From a virus (lineage: Duplodnaviria; Caudoviricetes), in IMG/VR virus record IMGVR_UViG_3300026522_000002, positions 36,575 to 100,574 of that record: 64,000 bases of DNA; one strand, 5' to 3'. Below are positions 14,530 through 25,760 of this stretch, one piece after another. How positions within the stretch are numbered: position 1 is the first letter of the stretch; each line of letters starts with the position of its first letter. The notes beneath the pieces were generated by a model that was not told where the DNA came from, ran no database searches, and worked only from the letters and a program-made list of their open reading frames with translations. A program made the position numbers and the translations under genes.

Positions 14530-15956
14530 ATGGAATTGAAGATTAAAAGACTAACTGAGGATGCAATCCTCCCAATTCGCGCCCATAAAGGAGACGCTGG
14601 AATTGATTTAACTTGTACAACAATTACTCAGGAAATTAACGAGTGTGGTCAGTTGATTATAGTATATCATACTGGCTTAGCAATTGAAATTCCTGAAGGT
14701 CATGTTGGGTTGTTGTTCCCTCGCTCAAGCATTGCAAACAAGTCATTGTCGCTTACGAATAGTGTAGGTGTAATAGACGCTAAACTCTGCATCGTTTTTT
14801 AACCTATCGATGCAACCAGTTCTATTATATTTTGCGTTATCTTTATATAACCAAAAAAGATATCGATATGCTTATAACAAAAACATGTTTAATGTGTGGA
14901 AAAGAGTTTCAAGTTCCACATTGGAGAAAAGATAGCGCAAAATATTGTTCCGTAGAATGTAGACAATCTGCATTACATGGAGAACTTAATTGTACGTGTG
15001 AAGTTTGTGGAAAAAGATTTCACATAAAAGAATCTCAATTAAACCGATATAAACATCATACATGCTCAAAGAAGTGTATGAATGAGTTAAAAAGAACATT
15101 ATATTCTGGAATTGGAAATCATCAATATGGTTTAAAAGGAGATTTAAATGCTTCGTTTAAAGGAAAAGAATTAACAAAGATCAACAACGATTTAGTAGAT
15201 ATTTACGTTTACTGTCCAGACCATCCGTATGCAAATAAAAACGGAAGAGTCGTTAAACACAGATTAATCGTAGAACAGCATTATGAATTGTTTGATTTTA
15301 AATACTTCGAAAAAGTAAAAGGGCGTGTAGTATTAAAAAAGACTACTCAAATTCATCATATAAACGAAGATCACAACGACAATAGAATAGAAAATTTAAT
15401 ACCCGTTACAAGGTCTGAACACAAAATAATACATAATCTTTTTAAAGATATTGTGAGGGATCCGAAAAACGGAAGAATAACTGGCGTCATTAAACAGGGT
15501 GAATTGCTGGAAAAGCCGGAAGCGGCCAATCAGCAGCCAAGCTTAGATGGTAACATCTCTGAAGGTTCAGAGACTAGCAGTCGAGTCCTTATTGAGGACG
15601 GTAATACTGCCAAGAGTGCCCTGCCCAGTAATACTGGTGAAGATATAGTCCGACCTGCAGATATAACAAACGAAACTGCAGAATTGCAGGATAAAGAGCC
15701 TGTAAGTTAACATATGGGTTATCGCGGTGAGGTTATGGCTAAGATGCGCTCCACTACAGATGTGGTTCCTGCAATCTACAAACCAGGCGAGCGATTCGCA
15801 CAACTTGTTATCGTTCCAATTCCAGAAGTAGAGATAACTGAAGTAGCCGAACTTAGCGAAACAGATCGTGGTGAAGGCGGCTTTGGTTCAACAGAAAATA
15901 CTACAGAAGCTCCCGCAGAGATGGACTCTGTAGAGCCAGCTGTGGCAGCTGAGTAA
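14530..15956 (+). CDS. dut: dUTPase, spliced: join(14530..14781,15717..15956), 163 aa
   Basis: Motifs GDAGIDL, PRSS, GVIDA|GYRGE, ERFAQL and RGEGGFGST; the exons join in frame. Confidence 0.95.
14812..14839 (+). promoter_or_regulatory. Putative late promoter inside the intron
   Basis: GCAAC-N18-CGTTA, the same motif as 12253-12280, 28 nt upstream of the HNH ATG. Confidence 0.6.
14868..15710 (+). CDS. Intron-encoded HNH homing endonuclease with N-terminal Zn-finger repeats
   Basis: CxxC...YCSxxC repeats; HP...HRLIVE...[16 protein letters not shown]...EHKIIH. Confidence 0.9.
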   Translation: MLITKTCLMCGKEFQVPHWRKDSAKYCSVECRQSALHGELNCTCEVCGKRFHIKESQLNRYKHHTCSKKCMNELKRTLYSGIGNHQYGLKGDLNASFKGKELTKINNDLVDIYVYCPDHPYANKNGRVVKHRLIVEQHYELFDFKYFEKVKGRVVLKKTTQIHHINEDHNDNRIENLIPVTRSEHKIIHNLFKDIVRDPKNGRITGVIKQGELLEKPEAANQQPSLDGNISEGSETSSRVLIEDGNTAKSALPSNTGEDIVRPADITNETAELQDKEPVS

Positions 15957-16006
15957 TCAGTAAAACAGCATGAACAAAATGTGTTCATAGTCCAAATTAT
16001 TTTTAG

Positions 16007-16044
16007 CAGGTATAGGGGATCCTTAGGGTCCCCATTACCTGTTT
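16007..16044 (+). terminator. Terminator-like hairpin after dut
   Basis: CAGGTA..GGGGATCC TTA GGGTCCCC..TACCTG TTT. Confidence 0.65.
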
Positions 16045-16073
16045 ATACACGTAAGCTAGTAATACTGTTTTGC

Positions 16074-16247
16074 GAAACGACTTTATGAACCCTTACGTTG
16101 TTTACGTAATCCTATAAGTTTCGCACATCTTGGACATGTGTTAAGGTTGATATTAAACACAGATGTAGGCCCGACTACTTATTCGGGATATAACGAGCCC
16201 CGCTTTAGGGGCTCTATTTTATCAACTTAATATTCAACCTTAATTCT
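16074..16247 (+). promoter_or_regulatory. Promoter-like motif plus structured leader with terminator hairpin
   Basis: GAAAC-N17-CGTTG; GAGCCCC/GGGGCTC-TATTTT at 16195-16220; 16141-16156 is complementary to 16227-16243. Confidence 0.5.
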
Positions 16248-17147
16248 ATGGAAAGTTCAAAAATTATGATGTTCCCCGAAGTTGGGAACAACTCGGGCAT
16301 TGACCCAAATCTGCTCTTAGCAATGAACAACAATGGTGGATTCGGTGGTAACAACTGGATCTGGATATTGTTTCTTTGGCTTATTTGGGGCGGCTACGGC
16401 TATGGTAATGGCGGCTTTGGAGGTGGCAACGGCGCCGGTTTCTTGTCTAATCAAATTAGCAACGACGCTGGCAGAGAGCTCCTCATGAACGCTATTCAAG
16501 GTAACAGAGATTCTATCAACAGCCTTGCTAATCTGTTGAACACAGAGGTAAGCACTGTACAGAACGGTATCTTTACTTTGAACAACGCTATTACTTCAGT
16601 AGGCACTCAAGTAGGTATGAGCGGTTTGTAGATCCAGAATGCTATCCAGGCAGGCAATGCTTCAATTGCTTCACAGATCTGTCAATGCTGCTGCGAGAAC
16701 CGTCTGGCTATTGCAAACCAGACAAATACACTCCAGTCTACTCTTGCTGCTAACCACGCTGCTGATCAGCTTGGTGTATGCCAGTAGACCAACACACTCA
16801 CGACACAAGCAGAGCGCAACACCCGTGATATTACGGATGCAATTAACGCTCAAAGTGTTATGATCAACGATAAGTTCTGCGATCTTGAAAAGCGTGAGCT
16901 TCAGAATAAGATCGACACTCTGACTGCAGATAACGCACTCTTACGTTCTAATGCAAATAACGATCGTCAGACTGTATTGATCAACAGCAGATTTAACGAG
17001 CTTGAAAATCAGCTTACTGCTATTAAGGCAGCACAGCCAAATACAGTTCCAGTACAGTGGCCTAACCTTACTGCTGTAAACACTACCCCATTTGCAGGTG
17101 GTTTTTATGGTTTCAATGGTTGGGGATCTAACAGTTTCTGGAATTAA
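16248..17147 (+). CDS. Gly-rich, TM and coiled-coil 'CCC' protein (TAG-recoded, 299 aa)
   Basis: Single frame through 2 TAGs; WIWILFLWLIWGG, QICQCCCENRL. Confidence 0.85.
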
Positions 17148-17164
17148 TCGGAAAGGAGGTACTT

Positions 17165-17521
17165 ATGTTTGGAAGTACTACTTATCCGTTTAATTTCTGT
17201 AACAGGAATGGTATTCCAATGTTGGAAACCAATCAGGTAACTGTTACTGCAGACAATGTGGTTCTTACCCTCCCAAATCGCGCGTTTAGATTCTTAAACG
17301 ACAAGGGGTTGGTATTGATACGATTAAATCAGTCTATACCTACTGGTACAACTGACACATTGCCAATTGTATTTTCATCAAATGATTTCACACAGCCTTT
17401 GACAAATGTAGGAGGCGAGGCTGTGACAGTAGCCCAATTCCTAGAACCTGGTGTATACTTAGTATATTATTCCAAAGAAGCGAATTTAATGTAGCTGCTG
17501 ACAACTCAAATTCCTGCATAA
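17165..17521 (+). CDS. Hypothetical protein (1 TAG)
   Basis: Reads through TAG 17492 to TAA 17521; preceded by GAAAGGAGGT. Confidence 0.8.
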
Positions 17522-17540
17522 CTTTAATTGATTATAACAT

Positions 17541-17846
17541 ATGATGGTAATTGAATTGCGCAAAGCAGCTCAAGATAAGGCATTCGAACTTCTCGATGAG
17601 ATCAAGGATCTTGGTCATCAAAAGAAGATGGTTCTGTGTGAACTCGAAGATGCTCTTTATGAGTGTTTTGAGTCTTCTGAAGAAGAGTACGAAGACTATG
17701 AAAAGGAGCCAGAAATGGACTTTCGTAGACGTGGTCAATATCGTTACAGTATGCGTAAAGGTATGAAGAACCGCGATTACGATGATTACGAAGACATGCA
17801 AATGCGTCGCGGAATGCGTATGCGTAGCGGTCGTCGTGCAGCTTAA
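17541..17846 (+). CDS. Hypothetical protein, acidic then Arg/Met-rich tail
   Basis: 101-aa ORF. Confidence 0.8.
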   Translation: MMVIELRKAAQDKAFELLDEIKDLGHQKKMVLCELEDALYECFESSEEEYEDYEKEPEMDFRRRGQYRYSMRKGMKNRDYDDYEDMQMRRGMRMRSGRRAA

Positions 17847-17909
17847 TAAAATTAACACGTGTCTAAGGGCGGGGAAACTCGCCCCGAAACACAATCCAAG
17901 ATTTATATT

Positions 17910-18431
17910 ATGTTTTTAGGATTACGTCAAGGAGCAACTCTTTACATATTAGATAAGAGTAAAGAACCTAGAGTTGTTATGGGGTATGTTGAAAGTATAA
18001 CAGCACCTCGTCCAATGTATAAAACTTATAATCCAGCGGTTAGCTTTGGTACTAATTTGCAGACCGTTGTGGATATAGTTGTTAAGTTAGATAATGAGAA
18101 GAAGGAGTTCGTAGGAATACCTAGTACAAATACGGTACATTCTTACGGAGATTTTGTCATTAGTGAAACTAGGGAAGGTATGATACAGGAAGTAGATGCA
18201 ATGCTACAGAATAGTAAGAATGTAGTGGCTAGTGTAAATCAGCACGAATCAAATATAAAGGCGTGCGAGAATATACTAAAGACGCTTAATCCTGTATACG
18301 CGAAAGAATCTGAGAGAGACGAAACGTTAGATAGCCTTACTAAGTAGGTAGACAATATGCAAAGTGTGCTTACTAGACTAGAATCTATAATAACTAAACA
18401 AAATACAAATGGAGACGTCTAGGCTATTTAA
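17910..18431 (+). CDS. Hypothetical coiled-coil protein (2 TAG)
   Basis: MFLGLRQGATLYILDK...; extends through TAGs to TAA 18431. Confidence 0.8.
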
Positions 18432-18789
18432 AAAGTACCAAAAACTATATGGGCCGCATTTTACAAAAGAATTGTGCAAGTTTGCTGTAAGTTTAATGGA
18501 AACCGAAAACGGACCAATTAAACCGTTTACAAAAGAAGAGATCGAACAAAAGCTAAACGCTTTTGGGATCAAGCTCGAATACAACAAGTTGTACGATTTT
18601 GTATATGTGGCGAATATGTGTAAGGCAGACTTTTTAGGCGATGCTGTACCAAACGATGACTAGCACTTATGTATGTACATAAAGAAAGTTGTTGATGATC
18701 CAGATGGTTATGATGGTTAGATATTTAACCGTTGGCTATCTGACATGAAGGGCATGAGAATACCTGTAGATTGGTCAGAATTCGTTTAA
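18409..18789 (+). CDS. Hypothetical protein (2 TAG)
   Basis: YGPHFTKELC...YDFVYVANMCKAD...DDPDGY...FNRW. Confidence 0.8.
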
Positions 18790-18790
18790 T

Positions 18791-19186
18791 ATGGCTGCTC
18801 AATATATACAATTAGGTAGAAGAGGCTGGAACGTGCTTGTGTATTACAATGTGGACGAAGACGACTTTGTGGAGATAGAGGACTCTTTAAGATAGTTAGA
18901 CTGTCCTACATAGGATGTTTAGAAAGCGTTTAAGGTGCTAACTAAAAGAAACACTGGATTCACATTTAGTAACTCCGAATACAAAATGAGTATTGTGTGT
19001 ATAGGCAAGACTACCAAAGTGGAAGAATTTGTAAATACCGCAATACACGAAGCAAAACATGTACAGTCTCACATATGTTCGTATTACGATATAGACGAGA
19101 GTAGCGAAAAAGCAGCTTACATTATAGGCTATCTTGTACAACGAATGTATAGATATTTTGCAAAACTTGTAAAACGATATGTTTGA
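18791..19186 (+). CDS. HExxH (zincin-like) protein (3 TAG)
   Basis: NTGFTFSN...NTAIHEAKH...E..AY. Confidence 0.75.
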
Positions 19187-19697
19187 CATTCAAGGAGATA
19201 AAATTCGGTTCAATACAGAAGATCTTGCAATACCTCCTTTCAAAGACCATTATAATAATGCGAAAGATAAGGGTCAAGCATTGAAGGAAATAGAATACGT
19301 TGTTTGGCTACATAAATGGAATACGCCATACGAGGCATATCCTGCAAACCAAAGAGCTGGCATTGTAGCCAAAGACGTGTTCAAAACTGACAAGTATATT
19401 CCTTCTGATGAAGTAAAGATGTTAGAATAGCGGTTTATAGAGTTTTAGGAAACCCCTGGAACAAGATTGCTTTCAGCATCACAAACTGCCGCAGAAGGTC
19501 TTATAGCAGCATTAAATGATTATTCTAGTGTAGCTATGGATATTGATACTGCTATAAAGGTTACGAGGATATTAAAAGATGTAGGTAACATAGTTAAGTC
19601 ACTCGATATTGCTATGAAACAGGCTAAAGCAGAGATGCTTGAGACTGGTAAAGTGAAGGGTGGCGGTACTATAGGATTATACGAAACTGTAAAATAA
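19179..19697 (+). CDS. Putative terminase small subunit (2 TAG)
   Basis: 172-aa in-frame join of two track ORFs, immediately upstream of TerL. Confidence 0.55.
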
Positions 19698-19698
19698 C

Positions 19699-21762
19699 AT
19701 GGTAGATTTTAACAAGCGAATACATAACAGCAAGAAATTCTCTCCAGCAGCAGAATTCTTCAAAGAGCACGGCTGTTATACACTGGCCCCACGAGGAACT
19801 ACCGATTATATTAGATATTGGGACCAGGAAACAGAAAGGTGCTTAAATGGATATATAGCGGATGACGGTGATGCAATAACAGGTTATCACTACTTTTATC
19901 TGAACTACAGTCCTATCATGTTGCTTAAGGAAAAAGAATATACAGACAGATATGGGCAAAAAAGAACCAGACGAGAACGTGTGTTTGACTTCCCTAGATT
20001 CTGGGATGGCGATTACTATTATTTTAACGCAATTGAAGAAGCTGAAGATGAAGGAAAGCACATGGCTGTACTCAAGGCCAGACAGAAAGGATACAGCTTC
20101 AAAGGGGCTTCTATGCTAGTGCGAAACTATGAACTCATACCAGGTTCTAAAAACTTCGCTGTGGCTTCTGAACAAAAGTTTCTTATTGGTGATGGCATCC
20201 TTACTAAGGCTTGGCAGATCATGGATTTCATAGATAAGAATACAGCATGGTCTAAACAAAGATTGACAAGTACTCGTATGGAACGAGTGTCTGGTTATAA
20301 AGTAACAGATGAATTTGGTAAGTAGACAGAGCAAGGTTATATGTCGTCTATTACCGGTATTACATTAAAGAACGACCCAGAACGACTCAGAGGTACCCGT
20401 GGTAAGCTTGTACTATTTGAGGAGGGTGGTAAGTTCCCAAATCTAGAAACCGCGTGGCGAGTAGAGCAACCTGCAGTAGAAACAGACGATGGTAAAGCAT
20501 TCGGCCTTCTTATAGCATTTGGTACTGGAGGCACGGAGGGCGCGTCCTTCGACGGTTTGAAAACAATGTTCTACAACCCAGATGCCTTCAACATATTAAG
20601 CTTTCCTAATATATGGGATGATGGTAGAGAAGATACCAAGTGTGCATTCTTCAGTCCCTCATATATGAATATGGAAAGTGTTGATGAGAACGGTAAATAG
20701 AGATTTATGGACGAGGACGGCAATAGTTTTAAAGAGAAAGCTATAGAAGAACTTATAAGTTAGCGCAATGTTATTAAAGACGGAGGTGCTACGCAGACAT
20801 CTATTGACCGTTTTATCTCGGAGCGCCCTACTAAACCACAAGAAGCCGTACTCGAACTTGGTAAAAACATTTTCCCACGTAAACTGCTAATGGATCAATT
20901 AACACGCATACGTACAAGTGAGAAACTAAAGAGTATGAAACACATTGTAGATCTCGTATGGGACGGTAATGGTAAAGTAGAAGCTAAGGAAAAGAAAAGT
21001 GGAGACATTACTACATATCACCTAAAGAAAGATGATAAACCGCACGGTAGTGTAGTAATATGGGAGTATCCAATAGAAGACCCACCGTTTGGGTTATATA
21101 TAGCAGGATGTGACCCTTATGACCACGACGAGTCGTTTACAAATTCACTTGGCTCTACATTTATATTTAAGCGTGTACAAGCTGGAGAAGCGTGGTCGGA
21201 TGTAATAGTGGCAGAATACTCTGGTAGACCAGATACCGCAGAAGAATACTATGAGAATGTAAGAAAACTGCTGGTATTATACAACGCAAGACTCTTGTTT
21301 GAGAACGAGCGTAAAGGTATATATCCATATTTCACAAACAAACATTGTGACTATTTACTGGCAGATTAGCCAGATAAGGTGATTACGGAAATCTTTAAAG
21401 ATAGTAAAGTGCAGCGCCGAAAAGGCTGCCACATGACAAAATCAATTAGGGCTTACGGGGAAGGATTGATCCTCGAATGGTTGATGGACGAATATGAACC
21501 AGGCCACCCTAATGTAGAGAGAATATACAGCGAACCACTGCTGGAAGAACTTATAGAAAATGACGGTATACGAAATGTCGACAGAGTCATAGCCTTGTGT
21601 ATGGTTATGATATACAGAGAAGAGTTGTTCTAGATTAAAGTGTCCGCTGCAAAAGAAAAAAATAAATAGGTTGAACTCTTTGAACTGCCACTGTTCGGCT
21701 CCAGATACTGGGAGCAGGACGACACGAGCACGTAGAGTGATGTACCTTTATTCACGTTTTAA
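19699..21762 (+). CDS. terL: Terminase large subunit (687 aa, 7 TAG)
   Basis: LKARQKGYS Walker A, LFEEGG Walker B, GTGG coupling motif, GCDPYD nuclease motif, NVDRVIA. Confidence 0.95.
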
Positions 21763-21764
21763 CG

Positions 21765-24245
21765 ATGATAAGAATAGAAGACAACTTATACAACTCTTCG
21801 TTCCCTCAACAGAAGGTTTCGCTTAAAAAGAAGAACGAGAAGTGGCAACACGATTGCGTAAACTACATCATTGGTGAGGGCAATGTGGTATCTGGAGGAC
21901 AGACGAAAACCAGATACGGAGAGATGCAAACCTATTATAATCTATATAATAGTATATTCGACGAAAAGGATTTTAAGAGAATTACAAATCCGTTTAAAGT
22001 CGAAGATGGTTTCCCAGTTACTCCACAAGATTTTAACATTATCAGACCAAAGGTGGATCTGCTTATTGGAGAGGAAACCAAACGACCTCTTAACTTTAAA
22101 GTAGTTAGGACGTCACAAGATGCTGTATCTGAGCTTCAAGAGAAAGGTAAGGAGATGCTCCTTAACTACATCATGGCTTCCATTACTGCTCGCATGAGTG
22201 AAGAAGAAGCGGCTCAGTATCAGCAACAATTAGACAATGGCGAAATAATGCCGCCTGAAGAGATAGGCAAATATCTCGACAAGAGTTATAAAGACGTTAT
22301 TGAGAATACAGCCTATCATACACTTACATACTTGAGAGAAAAGCTTAACTTTGATAACGAGTTTATCAAGGGGTGGAAGGACGCTCTTATTGCAGGTACA
22401 GAAATATATTATGTAGGAGTACTTAATAGTGAGCCGTATTTGGAACGAGTAAATCCGTTATATTTTTCTTACGACAAGAGTCCAGATCTCGAGTTTATCG
22501 AAGATGGCACATGGTGTTGCCGTAGAATGCGTATGCCTTATACTGAGATATACGATAGATATTATGATAAACTTACAGAAAAAGATTTGAACAAACTTGA
22601 AGAGATGATGACTGGCAGACCGTCAAACGACATTGGTGACAAAGGCCCGATAGATAATGTAAACCATATCAACATGCATATCTACGACAATCCAATGTAC
22701 GATCAAAATACAAGATATAATATTAATGTTTGGCACTGCTGCTGGAAGTCATTTAAGAAGATTTACTATGTTACATATTTGGATGAAACGGGCACTCCGC
22801 AGGTTGAAATAGCCAACGAAGACTACTAGAAAACTGGCCAAGAGATTTCAGTAGAGCCTGATTGGGTGGTTGAAGTCTGGGAAGGTTACAGAGCTGGAAC
22901 TGATCTCTACTTTGGTATACAGCCTTTAGAGTATCAGCATGTTTCAATTGACAATCCTAATTCTCAAAAGCTGCCCTACACTGGAGCTGTCTACAGTAAT
23001 ACTAATAGTAAACCCCGTTCTCTTGTTAGCATTCTTAAGCCTCTGTAGTACATGTATATTGTTCTCTGGTATCGTCTCGAACTTGCTATTGCCAGAGACA
23101 AGGGAAAAGTAATCAACATGGATATTGCTCAGATACCTAAGTCTATGGGTATTACACCAGAGCGTTGGTTACACTACCTTTCTTCAGTCGGCGTTAACTT
23201 TATCAACCCGTATGAAGGCAACCCTTCAGATCCAAACGGTAGTAGAGCCTCATCGTTCAATCAATTCTCATCTGTAGACCTTACGATGGGTAACGTGATT
23301 GCTGAGTATATACAACTGATGGATAAGATAGAATACCTCGCGGGTGTTATTTCTGGTATTACAGAACAACGTCAAGGACAGGTAAGTACACATGAACTTG
23401 TAGGTAATGTGGAACGAAGTGTCCTTCAATCTTCACATATTACAGAGCCTCTGTTCTGGGTACATGCGCAGTGTAAACGTAGAGCGCTAAACATGCTTCT
23501 TAATACTGCTAAAGGTGCCTGGGAAGAGACTGGTAAGAAGAAGTTGTCATATGTATTCGATACTGGCGAACGTGCATTCTTAGATATTGATCCTAGATTC
23601 TACTATGAAGACATGGATGTGTTCGTAAGTGATACTTCTAAGGATCTTGAGAACTTGCAAGCTCTTAAACAACTTATTCAACCTGCTATGCAAAACGGGG
23701 CATCACTCCTTGAAGCAGCTGAGGTACTTACTACAGATAACCTCAACCTCCTTAAGCAGAAGCTTATGGATATGCAGAAGCGTCAAGAAGAAGCTCAACA
23801 ACAACAGCAACAAGCAGAACAAGAGCAAGCAGTACAATTGCAGCAAATGCAAAATGAGCAACGTGAACAAGAGCTCATGCTTGAAGAAGCTAAGATGGAT
23901 CTTGAAAGATATAAGATTGATCAAGACAACCAGACTAAGATTGTTGTGGCAGAAATCAGTGCATATCGTGGTACTGAGGATAAGGATATCAACAACAATG
24001 GTATTCCAGATCCTGAAGAATATGCTAAACAAGCTCTTGAACAACGTAAGATAGATTCTGCAGAGTATACTAAGAGATACGAACAACGTCAGAAGAAAGA
24101 GATTGAAGATAAAAAGATTCAACTTGAAAAAGAAAGGATGAAGCATGAGATGGAGTTACAGAAGCAGAAGGATACCGCTGCAATGGAGCGAGAAAAGCTT
24201 AAAGCAAGAACATAGCTTAAAAACAAGGTTCCTGGAGAAAAGTGA
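21765..24245 (+). CDS. Portal protein (826 aa, 3 TAG)
   Basis: FPQQK, NIIRPKVDLLIGEE, EVWEG, LAIARDKGK and GITEQRQG; follows TerL. Confidence 0.9.
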
Positions 24246-24402
24246 TGAACTTCTTGAGTTGACTAGAGAAAACAACCAAATGCTTCATTGGATTATGTCA
24301 TATCTGATGCACGAGAGTTAGCACGACGATACACAAGACTTTGTATAGAACGTTGTTGCTAACCTCGTGTCTAACAGAGTAGATTTTAGGAGGGATGTGT
24401 GA
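24232..24402 (+). CDS. Possible small protein (2 TAG, start uncertain)
   Basis: …SDELLELTRENNQMLHWIMSYL...DFVqNVVANLVSN; fills the gap with TGATG coupling to the next gene. Confidence 0.45.
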
Positions 24403-25754
24403 TGAAAGATTCTACAGAATTTAAACAACGGTTTAAAAGATGGCAAGAAGGAGAAAAGGTATATGAAGCCGGTAAGATTCTTCCTAAATACGACGATGGT
24501 ACAGACGATAAGACATATCTTCCAGAATACGAATATGAAGCCACTGTTACACCACAAGGTACTTCATTAGAGAAACATAAGCGTATAACTAATGAAGAAG
24601 ATTGGTAGAAGTATTGGGGTGATGTTGGGGCTGGTTATGTGAGTTAGGCATAGGAAGCCGCTGCCCCTGTTGTACTTAATGGAATGTCTATGTTGATGGG
24701 TAACCCGTTGGGGGCATTTGGTGGTTTAGTAGGAAGTACAGTTGGAGAAGAACTTGGCGCTAATTTGGGACCTACTGGTAGAACTATAGGAGGTCTTGTT
24801 GGCGGAGTAGTGTTGGACCCAGCAAACATCAGATCTTCTATTGATTATATAAAAAGAATAGGCCCACACATTGCTGCCAAATCTGCAAGACAAGGTGCTG
24901 CATTTGCGTATTAGTTTTTCCCAAACAAAACGGAAAATTTATATAAAAGGCTGTTAAGTGGTATAGACATCGGAGACGAATTAACACCGTTGCATAAAGA
25001 TATCGATGTTTACGCAGTAAAAAAAGGAGTTTCTGTAGATCCTAGATATATTGGTAATGGTTCCATGCATGTTGTTGTACAAAACCCAAATAATCCAAAC
25101 ACTGTCTTAAAATTTGGAACGGAGCCGATATCAAAAGAACGGTTACAACGTAGAATATTATCTTTGCGCAGAGTAAAAGATTTTAAATATTTGGAGCCAG
25201 AAAAATATATAGGGTACACAAGAGATACAAAATATCCATAGCTGTTTTATGAAGTTCTGGAATAGAACAAAATTGTTCCAAAAGACAAAACGTAGATTTT
25301 TGATAATATTACAAAGAGAATGAAATCTGAGAAAGTATTATCTTAGGAAGATAAAGAACAGTATGACATATTAAACGGAATTTATAAATCTGCAACTCAG
25401 AACGGAGCTGACACAAGAGCTTTTGAAGACATGCATTATATTAACCACAACGGATCTACTATTTTGGATTTTGGTCATAGGCATAATATTGGGTATAATC
25501 AAAAAGGCGAACCAATAATATTTGATCCGCAAATATCTACGCCTAAGCATGTGGGATTAGTAGACATGCTTTTTCCGCGATTAATCGGGTATGACAAAGG
25601 TAAGTCTATACACATCAATCCCGCTAATAGGGGTAAGTTTAAAGCCACTATGAAGAGAACTGGTAAGTCTGCAGAAGAGTTATCTCATAGCAAGAATCCT
25701 TTAACTCGTAAGAGAGCAATTTTCGCACTCAATAGTCGTAAATGGTCCAAGTAA
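24402..25754 (+). CDS. Putative virion cargo protein with Gly-zipper and protein-kinase-like domain (450 aa, 8 TAG)
   Basis: Four track ORFs share one frame; IGNGSMHVV, VLKF, DFGHRHNIG, IIFDP; basic C-terminal IHINPANRGKF...KRAIFALNSRKW. Confidence 0.75.
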
Positions 25755-25760
25755 TATATT

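Larger units (their letters stand above)
14782..15716 (+). mobile_element. Group I intron
   Basis: Exon ends in U and intron ends in G. P1 is GACGCT with GGCGTC (15483-15488); P10 is ATAACT with exon-2 GGTTAT. Core elements: AATTGCTGGAAA, AATCAGCAG, GTTCAGAGACTA, AAGATATAGTCC. Confidence 0.93.

Noticed and set aside
14508-14530. Theta/HDV-like ribozyme after the suppressor tRNA
   Set aside because: Only about 22 A-rich nucleotides separate the CCA from the dut start; there is no room for the fold.
14336-14539. 67-aa ORF
   Set aside because: Overlaps the suppressor tRNA and structured spacer.
15714-15956. Stand-alone 80-aa gene starting at ATG 15714
   Set aside because: It is dUTPase exon 2; the G of that ATG is the intron's terminal G.
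19699-24245. TerL and portal as fragmented pseudogenes or intron-split genes
   Set aside because: Every break is a single in-frame TAG with no frameshift or insert, and a suppressor tRNA is present.
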